64,000 nucleotides of DNA from Octopus bimaculoides (lineage: Eukaryota): assembly GCF_001194135.2 (NCBI RefSeq), contig NC_068997.1:46162698-46226697 (forward strand), read 5' to 3'. This document shows positions 62,479 to 64,000 of this stretch, piece after piece. The notes below the pieces were generated by a model. The model was not told the origin of the DNA and ran no database searches. It saw only the letters and a program-made list of their open reading frames with translations. The stretch's first letter is position 1, and every line of letters starts with the position of its first letter. Made by a program: the position numbers and the translations under genes.

Positions 62479-64000
62479 CTGTAGAAAACAGAACAGAGGA
62501 TGAGATGAAAATGAAAATTATTTAGACACATTTTCCACCCCTTAATTTATGCATTATTTATATCTGTATAATCATCTTCATCACCATTTAATGTCTTTTT
62601 TTTTCAGGCTGGCATGGGTCAGACGATTTGATAAAGACGGTAAGCCAGAGGACTGCACCAAGCTCCAATGTCTGCTATGACACTGTTTCTACAGCTGGTT
62701 GCCCTTCCTAATGCTAACCACTCGACTGAGTGTACTGGAACTGGGTGCTTTTAACATGGCACTAGTACCAGTGAGGTCACTAAGTAATTCACAAGACAAG
62801 ACACCCTCAACTGAGGAGGTGTAGTATTGAGGGAGGAGGGGGCTTTATAAAAAGAAAAGGTAAACTTACTTTCTCAAGTCATGCTGACTAGTAAGGGCTG
62901 GTTTCCTGGTTTCATGGCATAAGGGCTGGTTTCCTGGTTTCATGGGACACTGGTCCATTACAGGATTACTCATTTTTGCCAGCTGAGTGGACTGGAGCAA
63001 TGTGAAATGAAGGGTTTTGCTCAAGAATACAACCTGTTACCTGATCCAGAAATTGAAATCACAATATTTCAATCATGAGTCCAACACCCTAACCACTAAG
63101 CCACACACCTCCATGAGGGGTCAACCCTTTAGTATTTAAACAGGTCATATCTGGCCCAAATATTCTACCTGTTTTATATTCAAACTAGCCAGATCTGGCC
63201 CCTCACACCATGCCTACAGCATCCTTTTAAAGATAAACAGTTACCTCATCAAAACCTCAAAGTTACAAGGTAATGCAAGATTAATTCAAAACATGTGAAT
63301 AATTAAGCATTACATGTGAACACTAAAGGGTTAAAGTATGATAGACAGACAGAAACAGGTGTCTTGCTCAAGAAGAGATACATGGCTACCCCATATTTAT
63401 ATTTATATAAATTAATCAACATGATAAATAAAATGCGAATGATGTGTAGATAGACTAATGGTGAAAAAGAGAGCAAGGGAAGGAAAGAGAAAGAGAGAGA
63501 CATAAATTGAAGGACAGATAGGTATTTTATTTAACTGTCAAACATATAGATATATTTACAATAACATGTCATTTATTTATATGCTCTTTATAGAGAGTTA
63601 CATGTTCATGAGACGCACAGGAGTGGTTGGGTGGCTGGTAGTCAAAAGTACTCATGAAATGAGGTTCGTGAATAGTCAGATAGCTAATCATACCTGTGAG
63701 CAACTGTATGTAATAAAAGGCTGAGACTAATGCTGCAGAGGTGGGCATATTAGTACTTCTATTATGACATTAATCCACAGGTTCAAGTGTTAGTAACTCT
63801 ATCATGACACTAATCTATAGGGGGACATTTAGTCCTTTTATCACACTGATTTTAAATTTTAGCATAAAGCCAGCAATTTCGGGGTGGTGGGATAAGTTGA
63901 TTACTATTAGATGCAAGCTACCTCAACACACATCACACACATGGTGACTACTTACAGCTAGGTGGACTGGGTATGAATCTCAGCTGTGAACACAGCCAAG

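Noticed and set aside
63602-64000. Upstream exons of the PNGase-like gene (WLCSQLRFIPSPPS; MISYLTIHEPHFMSTFDYQPP)
   Set aside because: Plausible splice sites, but the phase does not join exon 62478, so they are left out of the firm model.

Overview
AT-rich, intron-rich animal genomic DNA with seven assembly gaps (N at 4457-4944, 6630-6729, 12023-12341, 15800-15899, 48016-48084, 50211-50687, 51326-51627). The SINE families and gene content suggest an octopus/cephalopod genome (inference). All homology calls come from my recall of the families, not from database searches. Four host genes were rebuilt by hand from splice sites and codon phase: (1) the last two exons of a SAFB/SLTM-like gene (889-1610, +); (2) a near-complete second SAFB-like paralogue directly downstream (3646-22650, +; SAP, RRM, charged coiled coil, G/N/M-rich tail) with a tandemly duplicated 126-nt coding exon; (3) a TEDC2-like centriole gene (about 28603-40635, +); (4) the 3' part of an intron-rich PNGase F-type N-glycanase gene (62478-55689, -), which continues beyond the window. 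Between genes 3 and 4 lies a nested retroelement cluster (about 42-54.4 kb): head-to-tail dead Ty3/Gypsy units, a Penelope-like element with an inverted 5' segment and a decayed hammerhead ribozyme, and short arrays of repeated LTR-end plus tRNA-Trp primer-binding-site units. Elsewhere there are mariner/maT and LINE remnants, SINEs, and a Merlin-like MITE carrying telomeric repeats. The most unusual items are the PBS arrays, the SAFB tandem gene and exon duplications, the PNGase F-type gene, the hammerhead relic and the telomeric MITE.
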